Assembly: GCA_027451525.1 (NCBI GenBank)
Contig: DAIDJF010000022.1
Span: 3,644-67,643 of the forward strand
Reading direction: 5' to 3'
Source of the DNA: Ktedonobacterales bacterium
GTDB lineage: Bacteria; Chloroflexota; Ktedonobacteria; Ktedonobacterales; Ktedonobacteraceae
Length of the DNA stretch: 64,000 nt
Below, one piece after another: positions 27,195 to 38,200 of this stretch (its first letter is position 1; each line of letters opens with the position of its first letter). The translations under genes and the position numbers were made by a program. The notes under the pieces were generated by a model, which did no database searches, was not told the DNA's origin, and saw only the letters and a list, made by a program, of their open reading frames with translations.

Positions 27195-27233
27195 AGAAAA
27201 GGCCGCACCCCTGAAAATGAGGGATGCGGCCTT
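27195..27233 (-). terminator. Riboswitch expression-platform terminator
   Basis: Minus strand reads AAGGCCGCATCCC-tcattttcag-GGGTGCGGCCTTTTCT, a GC-rich stem followed by a U-run directly 3' of the TPP aptamer. Confidence 0.75.
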
Positions 27234-27258
27234 CTAACATTATAATCTGTCAGATTGT

Positions 27259-27358
27259 CGCTGCTTCCCTACGCTGGTATTAACCAAGATCAGGTTCATA
27301 GGGTCAGCGACGCGCCCAATGTGCTCGCTTCTCAGCCGAATGGCTCCCCTAGCAGCTT
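27259..27358 (-). promoter_or_regulatory. TPP (THI-box) riboswitch aptamer
   Basis: Minus strand reads GCUGCUAGGGGAGCCAUUCGGCUGAGAAGCGAGCACAUUGGGCGCGUCGCUGACCCUAUGAACCUGAUCUUGGUUAAUACCAGCGUAGGGAAGCAGC. Contains the CUGAGA, ACCC..UGAACCUGAUC.GGUUAAUACC and GCGUAGGGA hallmarks and a GCUGCU/AGCAGC P1 stem. Confidence 0.9.
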
Positions 27359-27413
27359 GCTATGCAGTTGTCGTATTGTGTCACTTATCTTAAAGAATAT
27401 GCTTGCTTTCCAT

Positions 27414-27443
27414 AGTATAGTGCAGAACGATGGGGTTTGTCAA
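27414..27443 (-). promoter_or_regulatory. Promoter driving the TPP riboswitch
   Basis: Minus strand has TTGACA (27443-27438), an 18-nt spacer, then TATACT (27419-27414), about 50 nt upstream of the aptamer. Confidence 0.6.
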
Positions 27444-27499
27444 AAAATTACCGCACCTTCATCTTTGAAGCCGTGAGGTCCAAAAAAGCGTTACCTGAA

Positions 27500-27904
27500 T
27501 TACTTGGGGATGGCTAATACAATAACAAATACAACAAGGTGTAGGACCACGAAGAGAAACAAGAAACGCGCTAACCAGGAGAAATCGCGTTGTAGTTCTT
27601 GTTCTGCACGAATCTTTGGCGAGTGGTGAGGGGAGCGTTCGGCTGCTACAAGTCCCATGGCAATTCGCAGGCGCATAGAGGGGCGAATAGAAGAGTTGCG
27701 CATGGTTAATTGCAAGGCTTCATGGCAAGGTTTACACAGTATCCATTCCTGGCGAGGTTCGGGAGCCTCAAGTGGTTCTTTCAAGGCAATGGGGCGCAAC
27801 CAGATGCGGCTCGTACAGATAGAGCAACGTATCTCTCTATACCACCGCTTGAGCAAAGCTGTCAGATGTCTGCCAGGAACTGTTTCGCGATGATCTGTCC
27901 TCAT
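27500..27904 (-). CDS. Tail-anchored small protein with a CxxC...CxxC zinc ribbon
   Basis: 134 aa with CSICTSR...CKPCHEAL and a C-terminal TM helix (FLFLFVVLHLVVFVIVLAI). No family recognised. Confidence 0.5.
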   Translation of the reverse strand: MRTDHRETVPGRHLTALLKRWYREIRCSICTSRIWLRPIALKEPLEAPEPRQEWILCKPCHEALQLTMRNSSIRPSMRLRIAMGLVAAERSPHHSPKIRAEQELQRDFSWLARFLFLFVVLHLVVFVIVLAIPK

Positions 27905-28353
27905 AATTTTGTGTACCTCCCGGCCTGTGCGGGCATACTGTTGGGTTCTGGCAAGAGAAACTTATGCCTCTGCTTACTTATGTATTGTACCATTACAATG
28001 TGATCTTTTTGTGATGTAATATGAGAGGGAAAAAGGGGCGAACACAAGCTATAGTGCTCGCTCTGTATTCTCCATTCACCTACTATAGGACGGAGAGAAT
28101 GGCTGAAAAGGGGCAATTCTATTGTCTTATAAATCTGTAGAGCTAACAAACGAAGCTGTAAAATGTGTTTGGTATACGTAATAGCATGTTGGTATAATGA
28201 GCGTGGCAAGAGATGATGAGCGATAGCGGTCATATCTCATATGGAAGACGCAAGCGGCTTGGGGGCAGCTTGCGTCTCATCGTGACGGTCAATGTACGAA
28301 CACGGCTGTGATCTGCTGTGCAGGTATGGCAACCATGTCTGCAATCTCAAATG

Positions 28354-29118
28354 CTATACTGCATCCCAACCGCCATCGGCAGGAATAATCGTACCATTGA
28401 TGTGGATGGATTCATCCGAGGCGAGGAAGAGAGCGAGGCTAGCGATATCCGTTGGTTCTAGATATGCTGGGACAAGGGCCGCGAAGGCACCTGCGCGTTG
28501 TGCTCCCTCGGCATCCAGACGGTCAGGAGGCATGGTGTCTCCGATATTGGTGCGTGTCGCTCCTGGGCAGATCGCGTTACAGCGAATGCCTTTCTTGGCA
28601 TACATCCAGGCAGTATTGCGCGTGAGACCGACTAGAGCGTGTTTAGATGCTGTGTAGGCTGCTCCCGCCGCGCCACCATGAAGGCCTGCGGTCGAGGCAA
28701 TATTTACGATAGAACCTCCGCCATGTGTCAGCATGTATTGTAGTGCGCGCCGACTCGTAAACATTGGTCCGTCGAGATTAATGCCCAAGACACGACGCCA
28801 GACATCGTTTGAAAGCTCTCCTACTCCTTGCATATAATCCATGACACCAGCATTGTTGCACAGAATATTCAAGCCTTCATAGGTACTGATCGCAAGGTCG
28901 ATCAATTGCTCAGCTGTTGTCTGCTCTGCAATATTGCCTTGTTGCCCGATGATTGTGCCACCACAGGCCTTAATCTGCGCAACTGCTGCCTCTAATCGTG
29001 GTCCATTCCAATCTCCTACCACGAGCCGCGCACCTTCCGCTGCAAAAAGGGTTGCCATTGCCAGTCCCATCCCGGAACCAGCACCTGTAATAACAGCAAC
29101 TTTGCCTTGTAATCGCAT
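28354..29118 (-). CDS. SDR-family oxidoreductase
   Basis: VAVITGAGSGMGLAMA and YTASKHALVGLT motifs. Start at ATG 29118 behind AAGGAGAA. Confidence 0.85.
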   Translation of the reverse strand: MRLQGKVAVITGAGSGMGLAMATLFAAEGARLVVGDWNGPRLEAAVAQIKACGGTIIGQQGNIAEQTTAEQLIDLAISTYEGLNILCNNAGVMDYMQGVGELSNDVWRRVLGINLDGPMFTSRRALQYMLTHGGGSIVNIASTAGLHGGAAGAAYTASKHALVGLTRNTAWMYAKKGIRCNAICPGATRTNIGDTMPPDRLDAEGAQRAGAFAALVPAYLEPTDIASLALFLASDESIHINGTIIPADGGWDAV

Positions 29119-29495
29119 TGTTTTCTCCTTCTTTCTGGCATATGTAGCGCACGGGCTAACGTAGTCCGTGTTTTCTTGAACAGAAGGAACATGTGCCACA
29201 TAGAGTTGTTAAGCAGTTTCCTTTTTCAAGGAAAAGCATACGTAACGGAGCACGAATAGTGGTTTGCGTATGTGTATTAGCAGTGTACCCTGAAAACATC
29301 ACCAAGTAGTCTCAAAAAGGGATATGCTGTGTTCAATACAATCACAAAGGACAATACACAGAGCCATCATGTTGGTCAGTTAGAGCGTATAAATGACAGA
29401 GGCGTATCTTCTCGCATTCGTCTTCAGGGCTTACGTTTTCTAATGGTAATTGGGGAGTCACTTGACAAGAGAGGACAATCTTTTCTATTAGTCTG

Positions 29496-31388
29496 ATGTA
29501 TGAACCAATCTGCATTGAGGAGCATCACAGAATGTATTATCGGAACGGAACGATTGGGCCGAGTCGGGGTATGGGTGCGATCTGGCAACAACGCCAGACG
29601 CTACAGTATTTGCAGGATGGAAAGCCTGATGTACGGCGTACCCTGCGTCGTCTCTGGCGCGTCGTCCGGCCATATCGCTGGCAATTTATTGGTGGCACGG
29701 TGTTGATGCTGGGCGGCATCGTGCTTGGCTTGATACCACCACTGCTTATTCGCCAGTTGATTGATAATGCCATTCCCGCGCGCAACCTGACCTTGCTCCT
29801 GTTGCTTGCCGCTGGCATGATCGTTTTCCCCGTGCTGAGCGCATTGCTCGGCCTGTTGCAAAACTATGTCAGTGTGCTGGTGGCGCAGAGCATGATCGCC
29901 GACCTGCGCGAACAGCTCTATCAGCATATTCAAGTGCTGGGTGTGGAATTTTTTACCTGGACGCGCGCGGGCGAGATTCAGAGCCGTTTTCTCAATGATG
30001 CCGCCGCCTTACAGGCAGTGTTGACGCAGGCGTTTCTGGGCACGATCTCCAATCTGCTCACCGTGATCGGTGCGCTGATCGTGATGGCGAGCATTAACTG
30101 GCAATTGGCCCTGATTGCTGCCCTCGTCCTGCCAACCTTTGCCTTTCCTGTGCTGCACTTTGGACGCCGTACTTATAGTGCGACCGAAAGTACGCAGAAG
30201 GCCCTGGGCCGTCTCTCAACGCTCTTGGAGGAGACGCTTGGGCTTTCTGGCGCGCTGGTTATTAAGACGTTTGGCACGGAGCGGCGTGAATTAGAGCGTT
30301 TTCGTGTCTATAATCGCGAGGTCCAACAGGCGCAGGTTGAGCAGGCACTGTTAGGGCAGTGGGCCGCTGTCGTCGTGCAGGGGTTGGCCGCTATTGGTCC
30401 AGCACTGCTCTACGGGTATGGCGCGTATCTGATTATTATGCATGCCATCCCGCTTGGTACAGTTGTCGCCTTCGCTGCCTATCTCGCGCAACTCTACCGT
30501 CCCGCCTCGTCTCTGGCGGGAGCAAACACGACGATTCTGGGCGGGCTGGCCCTGTTTGATCGCCTCTTCCAGGTCCTTGACATTGAGCCGACCGTGAAGG
30601 AGAGCACGAACCCCAAACCCTTGCCTGTCCCGCCGACACGGGGTATGACCTTTGAAAACGTGACGTTTCACTATCCCAAAAGCTCCGATGTGTTGCATGA
30701 TGTCTCCTTTGACGCGCCACTAGGCCACTTGACGGCTCTCGTTGGCCCCAGCGGTGCGGGTAAATCGACAATCTTATCGCTGGCGGCGCGTCTCTATGAC
30801 CCCTCAAGTGGTAGTATCTCTCTGGAGGGGATTGACCTGCGCGAGATAGAGAATGCAGCGTTGCGTCAGCATATCGCGATTGTGACGCAAGAAATCTTTC
30901 TTTTCCACACAACGCTCCGTGAAAATATTCTCTATGGGACGCCCGATGCCAGCGAGGAAGAGTTGCAAGAGGCGATAACCGCCGCGCAATTGCAGGAGTT
31001 GCTTGAACGTTTGCCGGATGGTCTGGAGACGCTTGTAGGTGAGCGTGGCTACCGTCTCTCTGGTGGTGAGAAACAGCGCGTGGCGATTGCGCGTGCTATT
31101 CTGCGCAAATCGCCCTTCTTGTTGCTTGACGAGGCCACCAGTTCGCTTGACTCGCAGGCCGAGCGACTGATTCAGCGTGCCTTGGAGACATTGATGCAGG
31201 GGCGCACTGTCATTGCTATTGCCCATCGCCTCTCGACTATCCAGCGGGCCAACCAGATTCTTGTCGTCGAGCAAGGAAGCATCGTGGAGCGCGGCACGCA
31301 TGAAAGCCTGCTCGCGCAATCCGGCCTCTATCAGCGTCTCTATGAAGCGCAATTTAACGTCGCGTCGGAAGAGCAGGTGAGCGGATAG
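29496..31388 (+). CDS. ABC exporter, fused permease/ATPase (MsbA/MdlB-like)
   Basis: Six-TM domain followed by Walker A GPSGAGKST, LSGGEKQR, LLLDEATSSLD. Start uncertain: ATG 29496 or ATG 29571. Confidence 0.85.
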   Translation: MYEPICIEEHHRMYYRNGTIGPSRGMGAIWQQRQTLQYLQDGKPDVRRTLRRLWRVVRPYRWQFIGGTVLMLGGIVLGLIPPLLIRQLIDNAIPARNLTLLLLLAAGMIVFPVLSALLGLLQNYVSVLVAQSMIADLREQLYQHIQVLGVEFFTWTRAGEIQSRFLNDAAALQAVLTQAFLGTISNLLTVIGALIVMASINWQLALIAALVLPTFAFPVLHFGRRTYSATESTQKALGRLSTLLEETLGLSGALVIKTFGTERRELERFRVYNREVQQAQVEQALLGQWAAVVVQGLAAIGPALLYGYGAYLIIMHAIPLGTVVAFAAYLAQLYRPASSLAGANTTILGGLALFDRLFQVLDIEPTVKESTNPKPLPVPPTRGMTFENVTFHYPKSSDVLHDVSFDAPLGHLTALVGPSGAGKSTILSLAARLYDPSSGSISLEGIDLREIENAALRQHIAIVTQEIFLFHTTLRENILYGTPDASEEELQEAITAAQLQELLERLPDGLETLVGERGYRLSGGEKQRVAIARAILRKSPFLLLDEATSSLDSQAERLIQRALETLMQGRTVIAIAHRLSTIQRANQILVVEQGSIVERGTHESLLAQSGLYQRLYEAQFNVASEEQVSG

Positions 31389-31395
31389 CACGTGC

Positions 31396-33549
31396 CTATG
31401 AACTAGAGGGCAGGGCACTGATCGTCTTGTCGGGTGACTCTCCATCTTCATTGTGGTTGAAAAGCGGATGTTGCATAAACCATGCTTGGCTATCAAAGGC
31501 TGCCTCTTCGCCAGAAGGCTGGATATGCACATAGTGACCATCCGCTTGCAACATATGTGCATTGGCTGTATCGGAAAGTTCAGGACGCAAGATTTGCTCG
31601 TAGATTACGCGCTGCAGGACTTGTGACTCAATGGGAACCAATGACTCGACACGCATGTTAAGGTTGCGCTGCATCATATCCGCGCTCCCGATGTAGATTT
31701 CGGGCCTGGCATTATTGCCGAAGTAGTAGATACGACTGTGTTCGAGGAAGCGACCTACAAGGCTGCGCACTTTGATTGTCTCGCTGATACCCTCCAGGCC
31801 TGGACGCAGGCTACAGATGCCGCGTACGATCAGATCAATCGGGATACCTGCCTGCGAAGCGCGATAGAGCAAGGCGATGATGCCTGGGTCGGTGAGAGCA
31901 TTCATCTTGAAGATGATGCGTCCATTGTGGTATTGCTCATGCAGATGTATCTCACGCTCGATCCGCTCAGCGATCCCGCGCCGCAGGCTGACAGGGGCAA
32001 TGAGCAGGCGGCGATAGTCGGCCTGGCGTGAATAGCCAGTCAGGGCGTTGAAGAGATCGGAGACATCGGAGCCGATCTCTGGGCGGCAGGTGAGCAAACA
32101 GAGGTCTTCGTAGATCCGCGCCGTGCCCGCGTTATAGTTGCCCGTGCCGATATGGAGGTAGCGGCGCAGACCATGCTCCTCTTTGCGTACAATCATCGCT
32201 ACTTTTGTATGCGTTTTCAACCCGATCAGACCGTAGACGACATGGACGCCCGCGCTCTCTAGCTCTCTGGCCCAGGTGATATTGTTTTCTTCGTCGAAGC
32301 GTGCCTTTAGTTCGACCAGAACAGCGACCTGCTTCCCATTCTCGACGGCCTCAAGCAGAGCCTTGACCACGGGCGAATTGGAGCCAACGCGGTAGAGTGT
32401 CTGTTTGATTGCCAGCACATGCGGGTCGTGGGCGGCAGCCTGGATAAACTCAACTACGGTACCAAAACTATCATAGGGATGATGTAAAAGCAGGTCATTG
32501 CGTTGAATGGCGGTAAATAGGTCGGTTCCGCTGTGGAGAAACGTGGGAATGCGCGGCGTAAAGGGCGTATCCTTGAGGTCTGGGCGGTCCAAATTGTAGA
32601 GTTCCATCACATCGCCCATGCCGAGTGGCCCGTCAATGATCGTCATATCTTTTTCGCTAATCTCCAGGTTCTCTAAAAGGAGGTTCTGGATACGTAGCGG
32701 TATTGATGGGTTTACTGCCAGATCAACGACGATACCGAAACGTCGTTCACGTACTTCTTGCTCAATGATATCGAGTAAAAGCAGATCTCCGGCTTCGTCT
32801 TCCTGTAGCTCGATATCGGCATCGCGCAAGACGCGGAAGGCATACGATTCCAGGACAGCAAAGCCAGGGAAGAGGCGTTTCAGGTGGGCCGCGATGACTT
32901 GTTCCACCCAGACAAAGGCGGCAACGGCTACCTCGTCCTGTTCGACTGGAACGGGTACGAACCGTGGTAGCGAGGCGGGAACTTTGACGCGCGCGAAGCG
33001 TTCGCCATGCGCGGTGTCGCTAATTACTACTGCCAGATTCAAGCTGCGATTTGAAATATGGGGAAAGGGATGGCCGGGGTCTACCGCCAAAGGGGTAAGG
33101 ACTGGAAAAATCTCATTTTCAAAGTAATTGAGCATGGCGGCGCGTTGCTGCTGATTGAGTTGTTCATAATCAAGGATATGAATATGCTGCTCCGCAAGCA
33201 GCGGTAGTAGCGTATCGCGCCAATAGCGGCGGACGTCTTGGATAAGTGGTGCCAGATGCTGACGCACTGAGTGAAGCTGTTGCTCAGGAGTGCGACCATC
33301 AGGGCTGCGCACTTTCTTGCTCGCTGAACTTGTGGCTTGCTCTTTAAGACCTGCAACTCGAATCATCATAAACTCATCGAGATTGGTTTCAAAGATCGAG
33401 AGGAACTTGGCACGCTCTAGAAGAGGGTGGCGAATTGCTTTTGCTTCCTGAAAGACTCGTCTATTGAAATCAATCCAGCTTAATTCGCGGTTGATATAGA
33501 GGTCTGGTCGTTCTAAATCCTGGTTGGAGAATGGTGTGTGGTGATGCAT
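31396..33549 (-). CDS. ppk: Polyphosphate kinase 1
   Basis: 717 aa. YINRELSWIDFNRRVFQEA...FLSIFETNLDEFMMIRV N-terminus and two PLD-like HKD-type C-terminal domains (HTKVAMIVR, FLEHSRIYYF). Confidence 0.92.
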   Translation of the reverse strand: MHHHTPFSNQDLERPDLYINRELSWIDFNRRVFQEAKAIRHPLLERAKFLSIFETNLDEFMMIRVAGLKEQATSSASKKVRSPDGRTPEQQLHSVRQHLAPLIQDVRRYWRDTLLPLLAEQHIHILDYEQLNQQQRAAMLNYFENEIFPVLTPLAVDPGHPFPHISNRSLNLAVVISDTAHGERFARVKVPASLPRFVPVPVEQDEVAVAAFVWVEQVIAAHLKRLFPGFAVLESYAFRVLRDADIELQEDEAGDLLLLDIIEQEVRERRFGIVVDLAVNPSIPLRIQNLLLENLEISEKDMTIIDGPLGMGDVMELYNLDRPDLKDTPFTPRIPTFLHSGTDLFTAIQRNDLLLHHPYDSFGTVVEFIQAAAHDPHVLAIKQTLYRVGSNSPVVKALLEAVENGKQVAVLVELKARFDEENNITWARELESAGVHVVYGLIGLKTHTKVAMIVRKEEHGLRRYLHIGTGNYNAGTARIYEDLCLLTCRPEIGSDVSDLFNALTGYSRQADYRRLLIAPVSLRRGIAERIEREIHLHEQYHNGRIIFKMNALTDPGIIALLYRASQAGIPIDLIVRGICSLRPGLEGISETIKVRSLVGRFLEHSRIYYFGNNARPEIYIGSADMMQRNLNMRVESLVPIESQVLQRVIYEQILRPELSDTANAHMLQADGHYVHIQPSGEEAAFDSQAWFMQHPLFNHNEDGESPDKTISALPSSS

Positions 33550-33881
33550 AATTTACAATTCTGCTATGCGACGGCAACACTTTTTTGTATTGTATCATCC
33601 TTACCAGGGTTATGTCATCCATGTCGTTTGAGCAAAGCAGGCGAGTTCTCCTTCTTCCCCAAATAGTCCCTTTTCTCATGGAATGTATTCGGAATTGCTC
33701 TCGTTTGTGGTAGACTCACGGTAATAAACAAACAGGGTGTTAAGTTGGGCAGCATAGGTCTCGCGCGCTGGTGTGAGAGTATGCCCGACACTCAGCTTTT
33801 CGTCACGTTCATTCTTTGAGATGGTGGGTGAAAAGGTGATTGTGAGATATCGGCATATGTTTATAGAAGCAAGATAAAGCG

Positions 33882-35216
33882 ATGACAGAGCAGATAGTGG
33901 GACAAGAACAAGGTCGGGACCGATTTATCGCGTCCGGCGATAGCGTGGTGACGCTCGTATTGACGGCTGATAACCATCTTGGTTATGCAACGGGCAGTCA
34001 GCACCCACGCAAGCGCGAGGAACGTTTGCAGCGTCTACGCGCAGCCTTTCAGAGCGCGACGGATTTTGCCATTACGCAAGGCGTGGATTTCTTCATTCAG
34101 GCAGGCGATCTTTTTGATAGCACGACGCCAGATGAATATGAGCGCAGTTTTGTGGCTGAGAGGTTGGCGCAGTTGAAGCAGGCGGGCATTAAAACGGTCG
34201 CGTTGGGTGGGGTGCATGATACGCCTACGGAGAGCTCCTTGTTGCGCAAGACGAAAGGCCAGGGTAGTGCATCGTTGGCTCCTGCTCCGCAGATGAGCTA
34301 TGCGCGTTTGGGAGCGTTGCAATATCTCTCGCCTGTGCCTGAAGAGGATGAAGCGTTGCAACCGCTCATGTTTGAGATTCGTGGTTTGCGTATAGGTATC
34401 TGTGGACGTGGCGTGTTAGCAGGGCAAGAGGGAGACCCGCTGGAGCGGCTATCTGTAGAGGATGAGATTGAGGGGGCAGACATCGCGCTACTGGTGTTGC
34501 ATGCTCCGATTGAAGGTTTAACGGCAGGCTCCTCGCTTTTGGATACACGTGCGCAGGTGAGCCGAAACAGTATTATGAAACAATCCTGGTTTGATTGCAT
34601 CCTGGCAGGTTATCATCATAGTTATAGTCGCATGCGCGTGGGGCAGAGTGAGCTTGTAGTTGCGGGCGCGACGCAGCATATTGACTTTAGTACGCCTGAT
34701 CACGCGCCCGGTTTTGTCTTCCTGGGCCTTGCTGCCGATGGGATACGCTGGTGCAATCATATCGCGGTTGATGCGATGCCGCTGCAACGCCTTATGATCC
34801 AGGCCAAGGACCTCTGGCCCGTGACTGCTGCTGTCGTACCTTCTCCATCTCCCACCGAGTTTATTCTTGAACGTCTACGACCCTTGTGCGCCCCCGATAC
34901 AATGATTCAGCTCAAGCTGGAAGGAGAGATAACGCCGAGCCGTTATCACCAGTTAAACTTAAATCAGATACGCCACTATGGTGAGGAGCACTGTTTTGCG
35001 CTCGCGATTGATGATAGTAGTCTTACATTGTTGCCGGAACAAGAATTTGTTGCTACGGAAGCGGGGGAGCGTTTTTCACCGCGTGATGAGTTAATTGCGC
35101 TTGCCGATGAATGGATTGCTGCGACGGACGATGAGCAAGAGAAAAAAGCCTGGCGCCTGACAAGAGAAGAATTACTGTTGGCGTTAGATGAAGCCCGTCG
35201 TCGAGCGATGGCGTAG
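33882..35216 (+). CDS. Mre11/SbcD-like metallophosphoesterase (YhaO-like)
   Basis: Calcineurin-fold motifs LVLTADNHLGY, FFIQAGDLFD, GGVHD, LVLHAP, LAGYHHSY. Immediately upstream of the Rad50-like ATPase gene. Confidence 0.75.
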   Translation: MTEQIVGQEQGRDRFIASGDSVVTLVLTADNHLGYATGSQHPRKREERLQRLRAAFQSATDFAITQGVDFFIQAGDLFDSTTPDEYERSFVAERLAQLKQAGIKTVALGGVHDTPTESSLLRKTKGQGSASLAPAPQMSYARLGALQYLSPVPEEDEALQPLMFEIRGLRIGICGRGVLAGQEGDPLERLSVEDEIEGADIALLVLHAPIEGLTAGSSLLDTRAQVSRNSIMKQSWFDCILAGYHHSYSRMRVGQSELVVAGATQHIDFSTPDHAPGFVFLGLAADGIRWCNHIAVDAMPLQRLMIQAKDLWPVTAAVVPSPSPTEFILERLRPLCAPDTMIQLKLEGEITPSRYHQLNLNQIRHYGEEHCFALAIDDSSLTLLPEQEFVATEAGERFSPRDELIALADEWIAATDDEQEKKAWRLTREELLLALDEARRRAMA

Positions 35217-35236
35217 AGGCGTGATTATATCACATC
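35213..35236. repeat. Degenerate GTAGAGGCGTGAT-ta-ATCAC palindromic unit
   Basis: GTAGAGGCGTGATTATATCACATC. The TAG at 35214-35216 is the stop codon of the SbcD-like gene. Confidence 0.6.
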
Positions 35237-35285
35237 TATACCATCGTTCCATGCTATTTTGTGAAGGACGATAAGGGAGAGCACT

Positions 35286-38200
35286 ATGATTATCCTGAAA
35301 CATGTAACTGTGGAACGTTTTAGACTTCTACGCGAGGTGAATCTGCACTTTCCGCAGCGTGGTAGCATTCTTATTCAAGGTCCCAATGAGGCTGGCAAGT
35401 CGGCATTGCTGGAAAGCATCTACTTTGCGCTATACGGTGATACGCTGGTGGAGCGCGGCAAACGGACGCTTGATGACTTGATCTCTTATGGTTCGAGCAA
35501 CGCGGTGGTGTCACTGACGGTAGCGGTAAGTACGACAGAGCTGGCGATTACGCGGACGCTTGAACGGGGGAAGGGCCAGAAGGTCACGCTCTATGTGCGC
35601 AGATTAGGGATGTTAGAAGAAGGGCCAATCACGCGACTGGCGACGGCGAATGAGCGGATTATCAGTGAACTGGGGCGGATGGATGGGGAGGCACTGCGGA
35701 ATTCGTGCTTGATTGAGCAAAAAGGGTTGGAACGGTTAGAGGTGCTGGGAGGAAGCTTGCGCGAGGAAACGGTGCGCAAGCTGCTCGGTATTGATCGTCT
35801 GACCCGCATCGCGGAACGCTTTAAGTTGTCTCCTAACGATGAGCAGCAACTTGAGGAGGCGAGCGAGCGCGTGCGTCTGGCAGAGGTGCAGGAGCGTATT
35901 CCAGAATTGAGTGCGCGGTTTGAGAAGATTGAGTCTGCTTTAGACGCGATTACATTGCTTAAAGATATTCATGAGATTGAGCAGCAAGAGGCAGAGGTTG
36001 CGGAGCAAGAGGAGCAGTTGGAGCGGATTGCCGCGCGTCGTTTTGAAATCAAGGCGCGGCAGACGCGCGTGCAGCAGTTAAAGACGGCGGATGGGACGCT
36101 GAAGCAAATTGTGACGGCCTATGAGGAGATGGCGCAGGCACGGGAGTCGTTGCCGCTGCTAGAGAAGCAGATTGAGGATGTGGAGCGACGCGAGCGGGAA
36201 GAGTTGCCCGTGCAGGAGCAGCGCGTCGGAGAATTGTCTGAGTTAAGAGGTTCTTTTGGCGCGTTAGAGCGGATGTCGAACGATTTGCTGACAGCCATGG
36301 ATACGCTGAAGGAATTAGAGCAAGATGTAAAGTATCAGGCGGAGGTTGAGGAAGATTTAGAGAGCCTGGAAGAGCAGGTGGAGCAGGTGGAGATGCGTGT
36401 GGTGGAGACGCAGAAGGCTCTACGTGATCTAGAGGAGCGGAGACGGGCTGGGCGTCCAATACTGGAGGGACGTTTGCAGCGTATGGGTGTGTTGAAGGAA
36501 CGCCTTGAGACTTTGCAGCAGTTAGAGATGCAGTATGAGCATCGGCTGAAGAACCGGGGGCCGTACAAGGCCAATGCAGAGCGATTGCGGCAGGTTCGAA
36601 GAGAGTTAGAAGAGACGGAGCAAGAGTACAGGCTGGTGGAGTCAGAGGCGCAACAGGCGAAGGATGAGGCGAATCAGTTAGAAAATCGTTTGCGCAGGTT
36701 GAGTATGCGTCGTCAGGTGGGGGAGTGGCTGCGTTTGAAGGATCAGAGTCAACGCTTGCAGGATGCGGAACAGCATGTGCGTGCGGCTCATCAGCAGCAA
36801 GAGGCCTTGACGGAGGCGACCCTTGCCGCGCGTCGTACGGCGACGAAGCATTTGGGGATTGCGATTGTCTGTATCGTTTTTTTCGTCTTTTGTGGCTTAG
36901 GGGCATTGGTAGAGGGGTTGCAACACTCGACAACGTCGATGATCTGGGCGGCGGTCGCGGGCGTGCTGGCTCTGCTGGTAGCGGCTGGGGCTGGCTTGAG
37001 TCTGCAAAATTATGGCAAAGCGCGTATTGAGGAGCGTCTTGCCAATCAGCAGATGCAGGAGGCGACCAACCGTGTCAGTATGATGGTCGCGGCGCGTGAG
37101 GCCGTTATTCGCGTGGGTGGCAGTCAAGAGGATGTATTCAAGATTGAACGTGAAATTCAGAATCTTGGCGGAAATGTGCCGCGTTCGCTTGATGAGGCGC
37201 GTCAGTTGATGCAGCAGACGCCAGACAATGGCGAAAGTCTGGCGGATATTCAGAAGCGCGCGCAGATGAAACGCGAGGAGGCGAACACGGGTCGCAATCA
37301 GGTGAATGTGACGATGGAGGCGGTGGCGGCACTACAAAAGGAATATGCGCGTTTAGAAGAGGCGCGAGTGCGTGAGGGGTGGGACAGTATTGATGAGGCT
37401 TTGCGCGCTGATATGGCAGGATTACAGCGATTGCATCAGGAGATTACGCTGCTGGCTGGGCAGGAGGGTCTCCCACTTTCGAGCGTGCAGGCGCGTTTGC
37501 AGCGCATGGGTATTGCCTCAATAGACTTGCTCCCCCCCCTAACGCCGCTGTTACCGGAGCGAGAAGAAGCGGAAGTTAATCTCCCATCGCTGGATGAGCT
37601 AGTAAACAATACGGTCAAGGCGACAGAGCGGGAACTCGCGGTCCTTGATGGTAAGGTTGAGTCTGTAACCGACCTGACAGGCCAGTTGAAAAATGAACGG
37701 GAGTCGCTTGAAGTGTTGTTGGCGCGGAAAAAGACGCTTGAGGAACGCTATCTGCGTTACCAAACAAGCAATCCGCTTGAGCAGATGGAACGGGTGCGTG
37801 AGCAGCAGACGATGTTGCGTGGTGCGCTCCAAAGCCTGCAAGATTCGTTGCGACAGCGTGTGAAGCCATTGGGCATTCCGTTTGGGCAGGCGGCAATTAA
37901 TAGTGCGGAGTTGGCGGCACGAAAGCAATTGGAAGAGTTGCATATTGTGTTGGCTGGCAAGCTAAAATTACAAAATGAGCGAGAACGCGCTTTGACACTC
38001 TTGAAGGATCATCAGGAGTCGCTGGCGGAATATTATAAGCAGTTGGCGAAGTTGAGCAATACCCTGGGCAGTTGGGTAGTACCACTGAACCCCTTCGCGG
38101 ATGCCCTGAAAGCCTTGCGTAACCGTTGTCAGCAGGAGCTTGCGGAAGCGAACGAACTAAGCATTATGAAAGAACTGGATGCTTTACAGGTAGAAGAGGG

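Noticed and set aside
27901-28233. 110-aa minus-strand ORF in the AT-rich spacer
   Set aside because: Non-coding-like composition, no RBS, many rare-looking codons. The region is better explained as a promoter/terminator spacer between the zinc-ribbon gene and the SDR gene.
33550-33881. LexA/SOS box upstream of the SbcD/SbcC-like pair
   Set aside because: I found no CGAAC-N4-GTTCG-like or GAAC-N4-GTTC palindrome in the divergent ppk/sbcD-like intergenic region.
36049-36933. 294-aa minus-strand ORF antisense to the Rad50-like gene
   Set aside because: The product is Pro/Ser/Ala-rich low complexity, typical of the reverse frame of GAG/CAG/CGN-rich coiled-coil coding sequence. It has no RBS, and the sense-strand gene has clear motifs.
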